A stretch of 64,000 bases of DNA. Origin: Tubiluchus corallicola. Its lineage: Eukaryota; Animalia; Priapulida. This document shows, one piece after another, positions 43,937 through 58,900 of the stretch (positions are counted from its first letter, which is position 1; the number at the start of each line of letters is the position of its first letter). The notes under the pieces were generated by a model. The model made no database searches. It had not been told where the DNA came from and worked only from the letters and a program-made list of their open reading frames with translations. The position numbers and the translations under genes were made by a program. Where the stretch lies: assembly GCA_030141605.1 (NCBI GenBank), contig JAQGDQ010000459.1, positions 1 through 64,000 on the forward strand, read 5' to 3'.

Positions 43937-46900
43937 GTAGGCATATGGTTATTATTATTACTATTTTCTTTACATAATTATTGAGAATTTGATGAATTAG
44001 GATGTGTATTGAATGATCTTCTTTACATCAAAGCATTTCTAATTTTTCTTGGTTTGAAAACAGCAACAATGGAAATGTCGTAATAATATTTTTTAATTCT
44101 TTGTCACTTTGCAGAACCAGTAACATGTGTTCTGTATAAATTTATAATTAAAACGTTGAAATTATTTAAATAGTCATGTTATCTGTTTTTGATAGTGTAT
44201 CGAAATTAGCTGAGCTAAGCTGTCAGTACTTTGCTACAGCTCAGTCATAACTTCTTGAGCTTTTTATTATACATAATTATGTTCTAAAGTTATGGGACAG
44301 GACTACTCCCTTTTGAAATACTGTGGTAATTAGCATATTTAACTAAGATTTCCAGAAATTATGAAATTTTCCCAAAAATTAACGATTAATTTCAATTTGC
44401 AATAATATCTTAGTCAAGTTCCAATATAGATACAGCCTCCAGTGAGAGGCAAAGCACCTGGGGCAGTTTGCTAGGTGAAGATACCAGCAGATTTGCCGGC
44501 TGTCACCCATCTGTTTACTAACTATGCTGCATATTGCTTAACTTTTAGCCATTAAGCCAAACACACACATACTGTAACCATTAGGGGTGAGCATCGAACG
44601 TTCGAGTTTGATTCGAATGAATTTTTTAGTTCAAATTTGATTCGAACCTAAAATTATAGATTCGAATAATTCAGCATTTCAACCACATACGTTCTTTATC
44701 ATTAAAACGTTTGGAACAGTATGCAATAGCACAATTTAGCTGCAGTTTCTGTGCAAAATGTTTGACAAACTAATAGTGGTTTTATTGCAGAACAAAATCA
44801 AGAAACATGCATGATCTTTGTAAGACCACTTTTTACTAGTAGTTCGAAAATCTCTCAAACTCAGTTCGAATTCGAAATACTAAAGTTCGGCTCGATTCGA
44901 ATTCAAAAGTCACAAATTCGAATTCCCTTTCTGGTAGAGAATGCTCACCCCTAGTAACCATTGGTCTAATTATATTTTATTACAGTTGTGTTAACACACT
45001 CATGTCATGCATTAAATCTAATGCGTGGTATACTGGTCATCTTTTCAGCATAATTACATATATAGTCCTTTAGCCTTTTTGTTAAATATCATTGTTTTTC
45101 GTTGCCTTTCTGCGCATTTGAAATTTTAGCAAAATTTGCGCAAGTGACTTAACGCCCACTGTGAGTGACTGTGAGTCATTCAATACTGTTTTTTCAGACT
45201 GCTGTAAAATTAATAGGAATGTAGCTAACCTTGCTCACGAGCTATCCTTGCATGAAAAGCGCGGGCAAAGAAAGCACCCTTTGTTTTTTTCTCAAAAAGT
45301 TTAGAGAAACTGGAAATGGTAAAAACTGTTAAGTTTCCGTTCATGTTGTTTTTATCTAGCTGTTCTCTTAATTTTTTGTTTTTACGCCTATAAATAAATT
45401 GCCATATTTTATAAATGCAGTTATCTAATTCCGAGTCCTAGAGCGTAAATCATGGATCCGCCACGCTGCAGCTCGTGAGCAGGAAAGCATGACGCACGTG
45501 TGTGTTTCCCAAGTACAGTTCGCTTTGCTTGGAATATTGTTTATCCCAAATTTCACTGCTTGTTGAATTTTTGTGTGCGTTTAACTTACTAACCTTTGTC
45601 TTGTGTAAACAACAAGAAATGGAAGATACTATAGATAACGGGATGAGTAACGAAGGTAAGTAGCAGAAGATGCTATTCACCATCCATCTAATGAGAATAA
45701 TCATGTTGTTTGACATCGCGGTGCAGGTGCAGTCACAAAATGCATAGCATTCGTAATAACGATTGGAGGCAGCCATTGTTGTTTCGTGTCAAATCTCTTG
45801 GGAGTTATTTCGTTTGCTTGGATCGGGCGAACGTTAAGCTATATATTTTGCATGATTCACCCTACCCCAGTCGTCTTTTCACAGACATTCTTAGTTTTTG
45901 GGGGCACAAACTATCTTGGGTTTCATGAAAAACGGTTTTTGTTCGATTCGCTGTTGTTAAGGCGTAACCATTTATTTGGGATTTCAATCAATATTTGCTA
46001 GTTCAGTTCAGTGATACTTGGAAATGTCACGTTGACTCGGCTCGAGTACATTTAGTAGTAGGTTCTATTATTAGCTGTATTGGAGTGTGACTGTGCCACA
46101 GGTACACTTCAGTATATATGCATACATGTACAATCGTTTTCACCAAGTTCTAGATAACTAAATTTTTCTGGCATGTGATACTGATGAAAAGTGTGTACAG
46201 AACTAATGAACTAATTCGTACGTGTTAATGCCTTGAAAATATTGTTAATGTAATTTACTGTTGAGTAGGGATGGAAGCAGATCTGGATCCCTGGATCCAG
46301 TCCGGGCCAGGTTCGGGCAACTTACAGGCATCTGAATCTGGTAAAAGCGTATAAATTACGATGGTAGCCTAACAACTACACATCAGTGACAATAATGTTA
46401 ACTTGCTTATGAAACTGTTTTAGCCTTCATCCACAAACCTTGCATGAACTTTAGTAATTTAACACATAATCTCAACAGAAACCCGTGCAGCAAAGCGATT
46501 TTTTGTCCACAGATAAGAAACTTCTGTATGTTTCTAAGGAGCCAGATTTGTATTTGTACTGACTTATGTGGATTATGGTAAAACTGTATCCATTGTATTG
46601 CTACTGTGTAGGAACTAAAATCTGGCATTTTTTAAATTTGTAATTTTTTCATTTGACCTTGTAAGTTGTAAAGTGTAAGAAGACAAGAAATGGGAAATTT
46701 ATCCCCAGATTTCCTAGCATATAATTTTATCTATTATCTATTCGTAGTAGAGCTGTCATGTGGTGGTTCTTAACAATTTATTTACAAAGTGCCTAAATTT
46801 GAAATTTCTGCTGCATTTTCTTATGTGTTTGTTGCATTTTGCTTTAATACTCCCACAAGAATAGCATATCTGTTTGAAAAACCACTAAAACTATTATGCT

Positions 46901-49900
46901 AAAACCAAAATTATATGAATGATTTCATTTACTTTCAAGAATGACTTGCATTTCTCTGCCACTCATAGAGACGGAATGTTTAATAACTTCTTAATGAAAA
47001 AAGATACGCTTGTTTATTTCAGTGACGGATGCAGTGGAAGCAATCGGTGAAGCAATCAGTTCTTCGACTACATCGAAAGAGAAATGCTGTTGGTATAACA
47101 CAGATAATCTTGATCCTCGATGTAAGTTTAAAAAACTTTCATTTGTGGGTGGTGCCCAGTTCGATCTTCGTAAGTTTAACTGACTTTCATTTGTGGGTGG
47201 TGCCCGATTCGATCCTCATAAGTTTGACTGACTTTCATTTGTGGGTGGTGTCCAGTTCGATCCTCATCAGTTTGACTGACTTTCATTTGTGGGTGGTGCC
47301 CAGTTCGATTTTCGTAACTTTAACTGACTTTCATTTGTGGGTGGTGCCCAGTTCAATCCTCATAAGTTTAACTGACTTTCATTTGTGGGTGGTGCCCAGT
47401 TCGATTCTCATAAGTTTGACTGACTTTCATTTGTGGGTGGTGCCCAGGTCGATCCTCATAAGTTTGACTGACTTTCATTTGTGGGTGGTGCCCAGTTCGG
47501 TCCTCATAAGTTTGACTGACTTTCATTTGTGGGTGGTGCCCAGTTCGGTCCTCATAAGTTTGACTGACTCATTTGTGGGTGGTGCCCAGTTCGATCCTCA
47601 TAAGTTTGACTGACTTTCATTTGTGGGTGGTGCCCAGTTCGATCCTCATAAGTTTGACTGACTTTCATTTGTGGGTGGTGCCCAGGTCGATCCTCGTAAG
47701 TTTAACTTACATTCATTTGTGGGTGGTGCCCAGTTCTTGCAAATTGTGATACACCTGAATTTTACCTGAGAAAAAATCACAAATCGTGAAAAGCCACAGC
47801 ATGAAAGTTGCTTATTAATTATTAGACAACATGTGATAATTAGCTATTTGAAGTCATGTTTTCTACCACTGATTGATTGAACGTAGTATACACAGCTAAA
47901 TTTAAAATTTACTTAGTAAAAGGTAAACATCAGTCATGCAAGTTGCGTTTGGGGCCAACTTTGGCTTCAGTCAGTATTCCAATGCCATGTTTGGTTTCGG
48001 GTTAATAATCTACTTCTACACTGAATTATAATTAAATTGAGAGAAACAGTAAACTCAGGTAGTCAGCTAAGGCTAACTGATAACTATTTACATGTAAAAA
48101 TGATCTTGCGACTACATAGGGTTGAATTTGTTCCTGCGCATGATTTAGAATCGTTTTGATTTAATCACCTGTACTGAAGTTCAGTTTATGCAAAGATGAA
48201 ACTCAGTAAAATGCTTTAAAATCGAAATTTGTAGAACAAAGATAATCTTCATTTTATCGCCGATTTTGACATTTTTCAATTTGCTCTAGATTCCCCCAGA
48301 ACACAAAATATTCTGAAATCGAAATTTTTGTTTAGCAGTGGCAAACTTATTTTTAAAACTAAATGAAACCTTAGAATTAAAAATTCAATACTAGCCTGTT
48401 TTTCTTTTACTCATGTCATGTTATGGATATGGAAGTTATTGCTGTTCAAGTGTGGAACTGAATCCATAGAGTCGACTGTCCGATTTCCCGACATTTTTAA
48501 GTATTGTCTTCCTGACTTTTGCATCACTATGATTTTTATAGTTACTGCAGTGAAAGCTTAATCTATTAAGTTAGCCTGGTTAACTTCCCTGTCATGCTTT
48601 CTAAAGGTTCATGCTCACTGACTCTCCCTTCCTGTATTGTATTCAGCCTTGTCCCATTGTGTAGTGCCATGTGTTGTATAAACAATGAGTCAATTATAAC
48701 TGTATTCTAAAGAAAATCCTGGTTTGGACGAGATTGGTTCTGGTTAAGATAGTTAAGAAATGTTTGGTTATCCAAAGTTTTGCTTGGATTAGGTTAAGTT
48801 AGTTACACGGTGCAAAGAATATGAATATATATCTGTTCTAAGCATTTTGTCAGGTTAGGTTAGGTTAAATTGACGATTGTATTAGTCCGAGATAAAGTAC
48901 CGTGAATTTTGTCATCTAGATTTTGTTTTTGTAATTTGGATGTTTGTGAACTAAAAGCACATGTCTTTGCTGTAACATTCAGTAACAATTGCACAACCAT
49001 TTACTTGCAAGCTTAATTTCCTAATATACCTTTCCTTATATAGCAGAAATCTTGTGAACTAGGTGTAATTAGAATTTTTAGTTTAATTTTATAAAAATTT
49101 GTTACTACATCAACCAACCAATTGCCTGAACAAAACATCAATATAAAGAAACATACTGTGTATGCAATACCATTAGTACAGAATATAGCACTTACTCTAG
49201 TTAAGAAACATTAATTTAGGTACTTTAAACATATGAATACAGCATTGTCCTTTCCAATGTGCATTTAACATTACCAGGAAATTCACATGGAAGTAATGAT
49301 TTCCCATAAATTGTGAACTGTAAAGGTCTGTACTGTAGTTTTCAGTTCTCAGTATTGAATGCTCAACATGCCTTAATCTTTTGCGTTTTCCAAAAATCTT
49401 TACCGTTGTGGTGTGGGCCATCATGGAACCTTTTAGTTTTATATTTCCTTTTAGTGAGCAAAAGTTGAAAAATCATGTTCTCAAATATTTGTGATTTTCA
49501 ATGATTAGCTAAGCATTTATTCAGCTAATATTCCCAGGATTCTTAAAATTTCTCTTCATGAGTTATTTCAAGAATGAGAAATGTGTGTTGTATTCACATG
49601 ACAGTGAGCGGTTGGTTGATCGGTGAGTTCAATACTCACTATGGACAGTTTTATTTTCCATACTTAGACCACGTGGCTGTTTACCTTACAGCTCAGGAGG
49701 ATGTTTACACATAGGAACATGGCTAAGACACCTCTGCTAGTGCAGTGGCTCGTATTAATTTTAGATAATTATCGTCAATAACAGCCAAGATTCTGGTACT
49801 GCCACTTGTAAGCAGTCTTATGGTCAAGTAATGTACTTGCACTTGGTACCTAAGTACTATTTTCTGAGTACTTGTACTTGCCACTTTTAAAAGCAACAAA

Positions 49901-52900
49901 GTACTTTACAACATTACAAGCATTCATAACATAATTCTTTATATAACTACACAAGAATTAGTAAAATTAGTGATTTAACAATTACATTAACAATTACTGA
50001 AAAATTATATTTAAATAAAGCAAACTAAGTTTTGATTTTATTGTTGCCATGGTGATGCATGCAATTGTTGGTGCATCATCTATTTCGCTAGAAGTCAGCA
50101 AATATTTAAATCTGTTACGTACACGGGAAGGGAGTGATCCAGGGATGTTTTGGGAGGACACCTTCCTCATCGTAAATTACCTTCTATTCAAGCCTCCTCT
50201 GCAGGGGTAGAACGAGCTTTGAACATTGCAGGAAAGATATTTAGAGCCACCGGCTGACAGACACGAATTTTGAAACATTGATGTTCGTTAACATTCCTTC
50301 AAATTTAAATTCTTTTAAAAGAAAACTGAAAGTTTGTCTTTTTAAGCAGATTTTAATGTATAAGTGGTGAATATTTAGCCAATTTTGTTGATTTATAGAT
50401 AGGTCTAACTGTATTATAGATTTTTTAGTATTTTATGTAAATATTTTAAATCTAAATACAGAGAGACGGGAGGTTGCTGGTGACAGGTCAGGCTGGTCTA
50501 AAGTGATAGCAAGGGTCATGTCAGAGGACGTCTGAGTCCAGAGATGATAATGATTAATGTATTTAATTTTACATGTACAGCGCCTATGAAAAAATTTTCA
50601 TTGAAAGAGCATTTTATTAATAAATACATATTATATAAGTGTAATGACAGAGTAATAAAAGTATAATCTTGAATTAGCAACAAATATGGTATAGTATTTA
50701 ATAGACTATAAAAGTCATCTGTTAATGAAATGGAACTTGTACAATGTACTACACACTTGGCAATGCTACTGAGTGCAAAATTCCAGTTTACAGAATGTAT
50801 AACTGTACATAAAATTGTCTGCGTTTGTTCGGAATGAAATATTGTGTTACTCTCACTCCTGTGTAGATAAATCTTACACATGTTTGCAGCTTAAATCTGA
50901 GAAGAGAAAGAACCCTGCTGTTGATTTTGCTTTGTGCCACATTTTCCCACGTGCTGAGAAGCCAGTTGTTTTAAGCTCGCTGCTTGCTTCCCCCGTGAAG
51001 CCATTGCTTGCTGTACTCGCCGGCTGGTCTACTGTACCTCTTTCTGTTCGAGAATGCGGCGTTTGTTTGTAACAGCAATCTTTATTTTGACAACTCCTGG
51101 GAGCCCAGATCAAGGGTATATATATTTAGGGGGCTGTTTATGGCTGTTTCACTCAATCAACTCAGCTGGTGAAAAAGCATTGATAATAATGTTGAATTAG
51201 ACATGTAGTTAACTTTCTTTTTCTGCATTTTGTCAGATTTTGTTTCTTATTTCGTCTAAACGAGTTTACCGTCTTGCATGCGTGTTTCTAGTGTATGTCA
51301 GTTTGTAATAATATACTGGCTGTTTTTCAAAATACACAATCTCCATGTGAAAATGTAGCTTGCACAAATATTAAATTATTGGCGTTTAAGACACAGTTCG
51401 GTTCTTAAGTACTCCAATTTTACGATTGTTATGAAAATGTTGCTATTTTTATGAACATTTGCAAGGTTATCCCAAAATGGCGGCGTTAGCACTTTGATTT
51501 GCAGTCTGTTTTTGATTGGGGTACAACAACGTTATTTTGACAAGTGTGGTACAGATCATGTTGTATTGGGTGTTGTTGTGTCTAGACTATTTGTGTGAGT
51601 GTTTACTGTACAGAGGACACATAATGGTGCTTACATTTTTTTCCAGCTTTGTAATTATTGGAGGAAAGTTATTTAATGTTCCTATTTGGTAAATTACAAC
51701 TATATGACTCTCAATACCCGTCTTTACGTGCAAAATTAGTGCCTGTTTTGATATATTACCTGTTAATTTGAATTTTGATGAAGCAAAGTGCTTCAAAAAT
51801 GTAAATGGGATTTTTAGAAAAATTTTCGATTTACTTCGATTAAATTTATTAATTTTTTGCCTTTTGAGTAAAAAGCACAGAATTTTACTTGAAGTGTTTT
51901 GAACGAATCATGCACAATGCAAAACTGGCATTAAGAAGTATAATTACGTACATGGCTATTATTGTTATACAGATATAACACAGATGCAGATTTATAATAT
52001 CATAATTTCACATTAATTACGGTTCACAAAAACTCTACACTTATTATTCACTCATGTGCTTTAATTCTTAATAAACAAATATATTCTTCAAAGTTAATTT
52101 TACTAAATTAATTTAATGAAATATTTGCAAATTTAGTTTTGAAGTAAGCTGAAAACATTGCTGACCAGTGTTTATGGTCAAGTGCAGGGTTCCCACAGTC
52201 AACGAAAATCTTGGACAATCCGTGGAAAATGCAGGTTCTCCTGGAAAGTCAGGAAAAATGCTGAAAATGAAGGGAAAAGTCAGGGAAATTGGAAAGGGTT
52301 GCAAAAATAATAACCGTGAACCGATATTTTTCCGAACATGTTTTTCAGCGATTCGTGTTCAAATAAAATTTTCCCATGGCAGGCTCCCAGTTTCAATTTC
52401 TGTTCCAAAAATAATGATGGCCGAGACATATCAGTATATGTATACACAAAAATGTTTGAATTGGTAATGCAATTTCTGCTTATCTTGGTCATGGAAAATC
52501 AATATTTGGTCAGGGAAAAGTCAGGGAAATTTATTTTTGAAATTCTGTGGGAACCCTGTAAATGATTTTCCGGTGTTTTTCCAAGGAATTCTTAAAACAA
52601 AGGTACTGCACATTGATGTGTTAAAGACCAAAAGTCCTTTGTGACATTTAATTTTTAGATGCCATATCAGCATTTGGTAGGTTATGGCACTGCAAAGTAG
52701 AATTCTTAGCCTTCACAGTTGGTTCAAAGTGGTAATTGCTTGTCTAATAAACGCATTGCTAAGCTAATATGACCCGTGTGTGGTGGGGATTGGTTTAATA
52801 TTATAAGGTTACCTGGCAACAGTACTTTATGGTGTCTGGGCAAACTATGAAGTATGTAAACAGTTTCTAGGACAACCTGTAGGTTTTCTGATCCTACCTG

Positions 52901-55900
52901 CTGATTATTGATTTTTCACTTTAGTTTGTAATGTGCATTGTAATAATACCTTGTAAAGCCACAGTAAATATGGGTGTGGAGGATCGTGCTTAAAGGGCTA
53001 CTCGCTGTGTAAAATTCATCAATAAAAATCATTTAGAGGTTCTTGTTAACCCTTTTGTCGAGAATTTTGTAACAGTATATTACAGATACTCTACTTTATT
53101 GTACTGTTAGAAAAGAACTGATTAATTAACTTAATTAACTCGCTCATCTGTTTTATCGAATAATTATTGTGTTTGCTAATTAATAAAACAAAGACGAAAT
53201 TGCTGATGTTAATTTATGTTTTTATTTTTTAATATCTGTGACGGGCTCCTTCTTTAGTGTAAACATTAGTACATACGTATTAGACCCTGATGGCCAAAAT
53301 CTGTGTTCATTAGAGACTTAAAACATAAATTAAGATGGACTCATGATAGCATTTTTATCTTTATTTTATTAGTACATGTATTTGCAATGACGGATGCCAA
53401 ACCTGTTACAATTCTGGTGTTTTCAAGTTGCTTTACTGTAAGGTAGTTTGTAATCAAACTAATTGATTAGATTTATTTGAAAATAAAGCAAGAATGTACT
53501 TCAGTACCTTTCGCTTAATATTAAGAACAATTCAATTATGTGGTTTCTTACGGCGAATTCAGACTAGCGAGTTTTCTGTCGCGAATTTTTTTCTCAGAGC
53601 AAACTTGCAAGTGGGAACTGCTTTGCGAGTTACTGTCCGCAAGTTATTGTAAACACTCCAACAGTTGCTTCGAGTTCAGACTTGGGAGTTTTCTTTCTGA
53701 CAGCAAACTCGCAACGGCAAGTGTTACAAGTGTTAACTGTTTTGTGAGTTACTGTCAGCTAGTTATTGTAAACACTCCAAGAGTTGCTTCGAGTTCAGAC
53801 TTGGAAGTTTTCTTTCTGACAGCAAACTCGCAACGGCAAGTGTTAACTGTTTTGTGAGTTACTGTCAGCAAGTTATTGTAAACACTCCAAGAGTTGCTGC
53901 GAGTTGATTTACTGTCTAGTGTGAACGCTTCGGCAAATTACTCTCTACATTTCTCGCAGTGAACAGAGAAGTGAGTGTTAGCTCGCGCTTACTGTCAGAG
54001 AGTAACTCACAGCAAGTTTTGCTTTCTAGTCTCAACGTGCTTGTGAGTTACTTGGTGAGAAAACTCTCTAGTCTGAATACGCCGTTAGACAGTAACTTCT
54101 CAGTGTAAACTGAGCTTTTCCACACGTAATTACTGAAGCCCAGTAACACTGATCATTTGTTGCCTTGTAAATAGTGCTTTTGTACTGTCATGCATGGCCT
54201 GTCCCAGAAAATCAATGTGTCTAGTTGCTGCTCTACTTGGCTTCATCAATAATACACCTTCCACCGGACTTTAGCTTGTACACAGTCTGTTCTAAATTGT
54301 CGTCTGCCTGTAATCTTGTGACGTACTTGCTTTGCCAATATTGGACGATGCTTGCATTATTTAACCTAATTTCATCATACATGGCCATGTCCTAGGAAAT
54401 CAATGTGTCTACTACTGCTGCTAAGCTGGTTGGCTTCACCATCAATAATATGCTTCCAGTGGGCTTTACCTAGAACCTGTAATTAGGTAATTTACAGCAC
54501 ATGTTTGCAGCTAACAGCAGCCTAACTGTTGAACTAGTGCGTTGGGAGTCATAACTACAAGTTTGTTGCTGAGTTAACAACTGACTTAAACTTAGTGGTG
54601 GTTCGAATTGACTTTGAATCGGTGGTTTTTGCTGGATGGATTTGACTTTATACGTAAAAATGGATGGAATTTTGATTATTTAAGCCAGTTTATATTACAG
54701 GCACATAAAAACATTGTTAAAAACAACACAACTTTATTAAGAACTTACGTTAAAAAGTTAAAAGCTAAAATCGTGCAAAACGCTTCAAAACGTTATATTT
54801 GAGCCACAAAGCTGATATTAACAATTTCAGCATTGTGAGCAAAGCTACAAATAACTGGGACTTATTAATAAAAGAAAGTTTATCTGTGTACCCTAATAAG
54901 CCTCTCCTTAATGTACAAAGCAGTTCAATTCATTCAACTTTATTTTCAAACACTTAGCTATTTGTTACTGTATCATTTCTTCAGGTCTGCTTAATCATTA
55001 CCTATTTGGCTTCTGTTAATTACTTAATCAGTGCATAATAAGCTCTGTCTGTATAAACTGATTGTAAGTTTGTAAACTTACCACTAATGATGACATTAAA
55101 AAGTTTTTAAATGTAAAGTTGATTATCTAACTTTGATCTTTTCAATTTAAAGTGAAAGAACGTTGAAAGTTCTGCTCAGTGTGCTAGTAAGACTAAAACA
55201 CACATTTTTTATTTTTAAGACTTTTATAAAGAGTTATCTAATTGCTAGATTTACATATCAGTTTGCATTTCATAAACGCATTTTGTGCAGATCATTTGGA
55301 ACAGAATGATACTACTAGTCAGTACCGGTTTAGTCCTGTTCTATCTGCTCTTGTTGTCTGTATGATTCATACACGTATTTCATGATATCTAATATTTGTA
55401 GACAGACTAAGACAACTATTACAAAGATATCTTCATGTCTCATCGACTTCGCCTCATCATTTCCGTGTTTATCGTCCAGGAATGGAGAGGCCTGTAGTTG
55501 TTTGTCAAACCTTGATGTTTGATTTTTCTGTTCAATCTCTTATTGACCATACAAACATGCGGCTATGCTTTGCCATCATTTATGTAGGTGTTAACTGCTT
55601 AAATATTTGCACCTTTTTGAAGGTATGTAGATAGTGATCTCGTGGGCAGACATTATGATAAATCAGGGAAGTTTTATTTCAATTCATAAAGCAAAAATAA
55701 TAATGTTGAATAAGTTGTTTAAAACTAGTTTCCTCAGTCCGTTTCTTCAGTTTACGCGTTCAATGCTTAAAACAGTTTTCAGCTTTGTTTTCACTCCTCA
55801 TGTATGCTTATTTTTATATTCGTTGTTATTTATTGTGAATTTATATGCTTATCCACTACTGATGGTTTTTGTTTTGTTTCTCAATCTTTTTTGCTTATAT

Positions 55901-58900
55901 TTGTTTTGTTTCTTTCTTTTATTGTTTGCATGTTGCTTTGCCACTTAAAACTAGTTTGATTCATTTTTTTGTTGTCATTTTTCAGTTTGACAGGATTGTT
56001 CTTTGTTTCATCCCAGCTTAAATCGTCACTAGATATTCTTGTAATAACTTTAACTAAAAGGATGGCTGATTTGCTAACCTCTAGGGACTTTTGCCACCCT
56101 CTCTCTAATTCCAATAATTTATTTTTGCTATGTAATTGATTTTTGCATGTATTACAAAAGAGAAGTAAAATTATCTATCTATCCATCTATCTAGTTTCAG
56201 TATTTTTCAAGATCAGTTATGGATTGTCTAGGTCAGCTCACCCTCCCAATTTTTAGCCACATTTTTAGTAACAGCCAATTTTTTAGCCAGGGTTTGTGTT
56301 ATATAAGAAACAGTGCAGTGAAAATAGGTTAGGGTACAGAGTAGGTTAGAGTATGGAGTATTCGTTCACCAAGATTTAGTCACTTCAAGGACAATTTTGA
56401 CTAAATGTTGTGTATAAGGCGAACCAGTCCTGATTGAAATAAAATTTACAAATGAGTGGTCACTTTTAACTAAACTGCCCATTTTAGTTGTTAGCAGTTG
56501 TAGTATGTTTTGATTGGTTACTACTGACCGCACAATTACATAAATGTGAAAGCATGTTGACGCAATTACATTTTTTTATATTCCATAATTTTGACAAACG
56601 GGCTTCTGATATGCAAAAGTCAAAATATAATCATTAATCTCTGAGCTGCACTATTAGTCTCATTCTGACTCTGTATTTTCTTCCTCATCAGTGCATTGGT
56701 AATTGTGATTTGAGCTGTTGCGTTAAGTTCTTTTGCATTGATTATTATTGAAATTGCTATGTTGTGTTTTAATAAGTGGAATAGTTCGAGTTTTGAAAGC
56801 TGCTAACAACAAATTAGATCTTTCAGTTTTCTGGGGCTGGTTATTGGCCATCTGATATTTTATGTACCATTTTTACTTGCATTTGTGTAGCTGTTTACAA
56901 TATTACAATAATAGAATGTTCACTTGTTTTTGTGTAATTCACCTGTTGCGTAATGTCTGTTTTTCAGTTGTGGATTTGATATACTGGCGGAACCCGAAGA
57001 AGAGTGCAGTTTGCTTCGGCTCAAGCTTTTTAACCTTGCTGGTCTTCAAATTTTTTCCATTTTTCCTGGTTCTGACATACGTTGCCGTAGCTGTCCTAAC
57101 CGTTACCGTCTCATACTATGTGTACAAGAAAACTCTGCAAGCCGTACAGAAAACCGACGACGGTCATCCTTTCAAGTAAGTTCGTTTAAAGTTTGGAAAT
57201 GTTTAGTTTGCAGTGTGGCATTTCCATTTCTGTTTGGAGAGGAACCAGCCAAACTGAATGTTTGTAGATCTTTATGACAGTAGTCTTCCTTATTATTTTA
57301 GTTATTTCCCAAACCAGCTATCCCGTACTTGATGGTAGGTGCCTAAGTGGTACTTTTGCCTGTTGCATTGCCTTCCATGTCACACATTGAGTATAGATCC
57401 GATCCTAACGAGGTTATTATACACCACTGTTCATTTAAAGACAGTGAAATGAGTGTTCAATAATTTTTGTTCATATCTATATAACCATAAGATATCAGGA
57501 GTTTTCAAGTTGTTACCATTATAGTTTTTGAACTATGCCGAAAGCCGCGCAACGATACCTCAGTTTCAGAATTTTGTAAGCTTTAATCTTAGAAAAGCAG
57601 AAAGGAAACAGTTTGTTTATTCCAAAAAGAACAAAACAAAATACGGACAGCTTATGCTTTGCCACCAGGGAAGTTACCGAAACAGAATTTCCGTTTCAGT
57701 TTGCCGATTATTGCACTCTCGGTTAAGTTTCGGTTTTGACAAAATTTATTAAATTTCGTAGGAGAAATTTCGGATAATTTTCGGTAATAATTTTCCGTGG
57801 TTTTACTAGTATTTATTCAATTTACTTTTTCTTTTCTCCTAGATGTCAAAAACAGCTGAAAAATCCAAGCTAAAATAGTTCAAATAAAGCAAAAATTCGT
57901 TTACATAACAGTTTTTATGACGTGCTTTTACCGGCAATGCGGCATATTTTCAGTGCTGATGACTGTAGAGCTTTACGGTCTCCAGGCCCAATTAAATGAA
58001 ATATCGAAACGTTTGAATTTATTTGAGCAAAATCGTGTTTAATTTTATAATTTGTAAAATATAGGCAAACAAAATATTTACAGAATAAAATTTGTTTGTT
58101 TTTTAATGAAGCACTATGATCTTTAAACATTAATCATGAAGGATATTTAAATCTGAAAACATTATAACACATTTTCTAAGGTAAGTCAGTCCATCAAACT
58201 TGAGGTTCTATACTATATAACTTTCTTGTGTTTTGTATTAAAATTTTTTTCAGTAATCTTGCATCACGTTAAACAAAAGCAAACAAACAAAAACAGAATA
58301 TTTTACTTATTTTAGAAACTTTTCTAGTTTGGTTTGCAAAAATGTTTCTGTATCGGTTCCCATAAATTTCGCTTTCGGTTTGTAAATTCAGTTCCGGTAA
58401 CATCCCTTTTTGCCAGTTCACTTTAATGTACGTAATTAGATATATATTGCTTTGATTATGTAAACTGTTTACATTATTACATTTTTTTCTAGAGAACATT
58501 TTGACAAAGACGTTCATATTTCAACTGATAAGGTTAGGCACTGGGCTGATGTTGCTGTATCACATATTAACCCCATCTTAACAGACTTACGACGAATCTT
58601 CCTCGTTGAGCAGTTTGCCGATACTGTTAAGGTATTTGTTGTTTTAAACTTAATTATATACGAAATTTAATTTGGAGTATTTACTAGTTAACTTCTTCTG
58701 GACCGCACTGTTATAAGGTCTTATCAGATCTATGACTTTTCTGTTGCTGTATTAGTACAGACATAACTAAATGATTACAAGTTAGATACTGTTCTGTTCA
58801 AGAGAATCTCGGTTCTCCAATCATCCTATTTGTTTAAGCATTTATAAGCAATTTAATTAGATAAAATTAAGAAAAACCCGCCCTCTTTTGGGGCTCTCCA

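Noticed and set aside
47029-47613. 194-aa ORF with LTDFHLWVVPSS repeats
   Set aside because: Wrong frame relative to the reticulon exon; derived from the 48-bp array
50890-51117. Additional reticulon first exon (ATG ~51054, donor 51116)
   Set aside because: ATG frame ends in phase 2, incompatible with the phase-1 RHD acceptor; no similarity support
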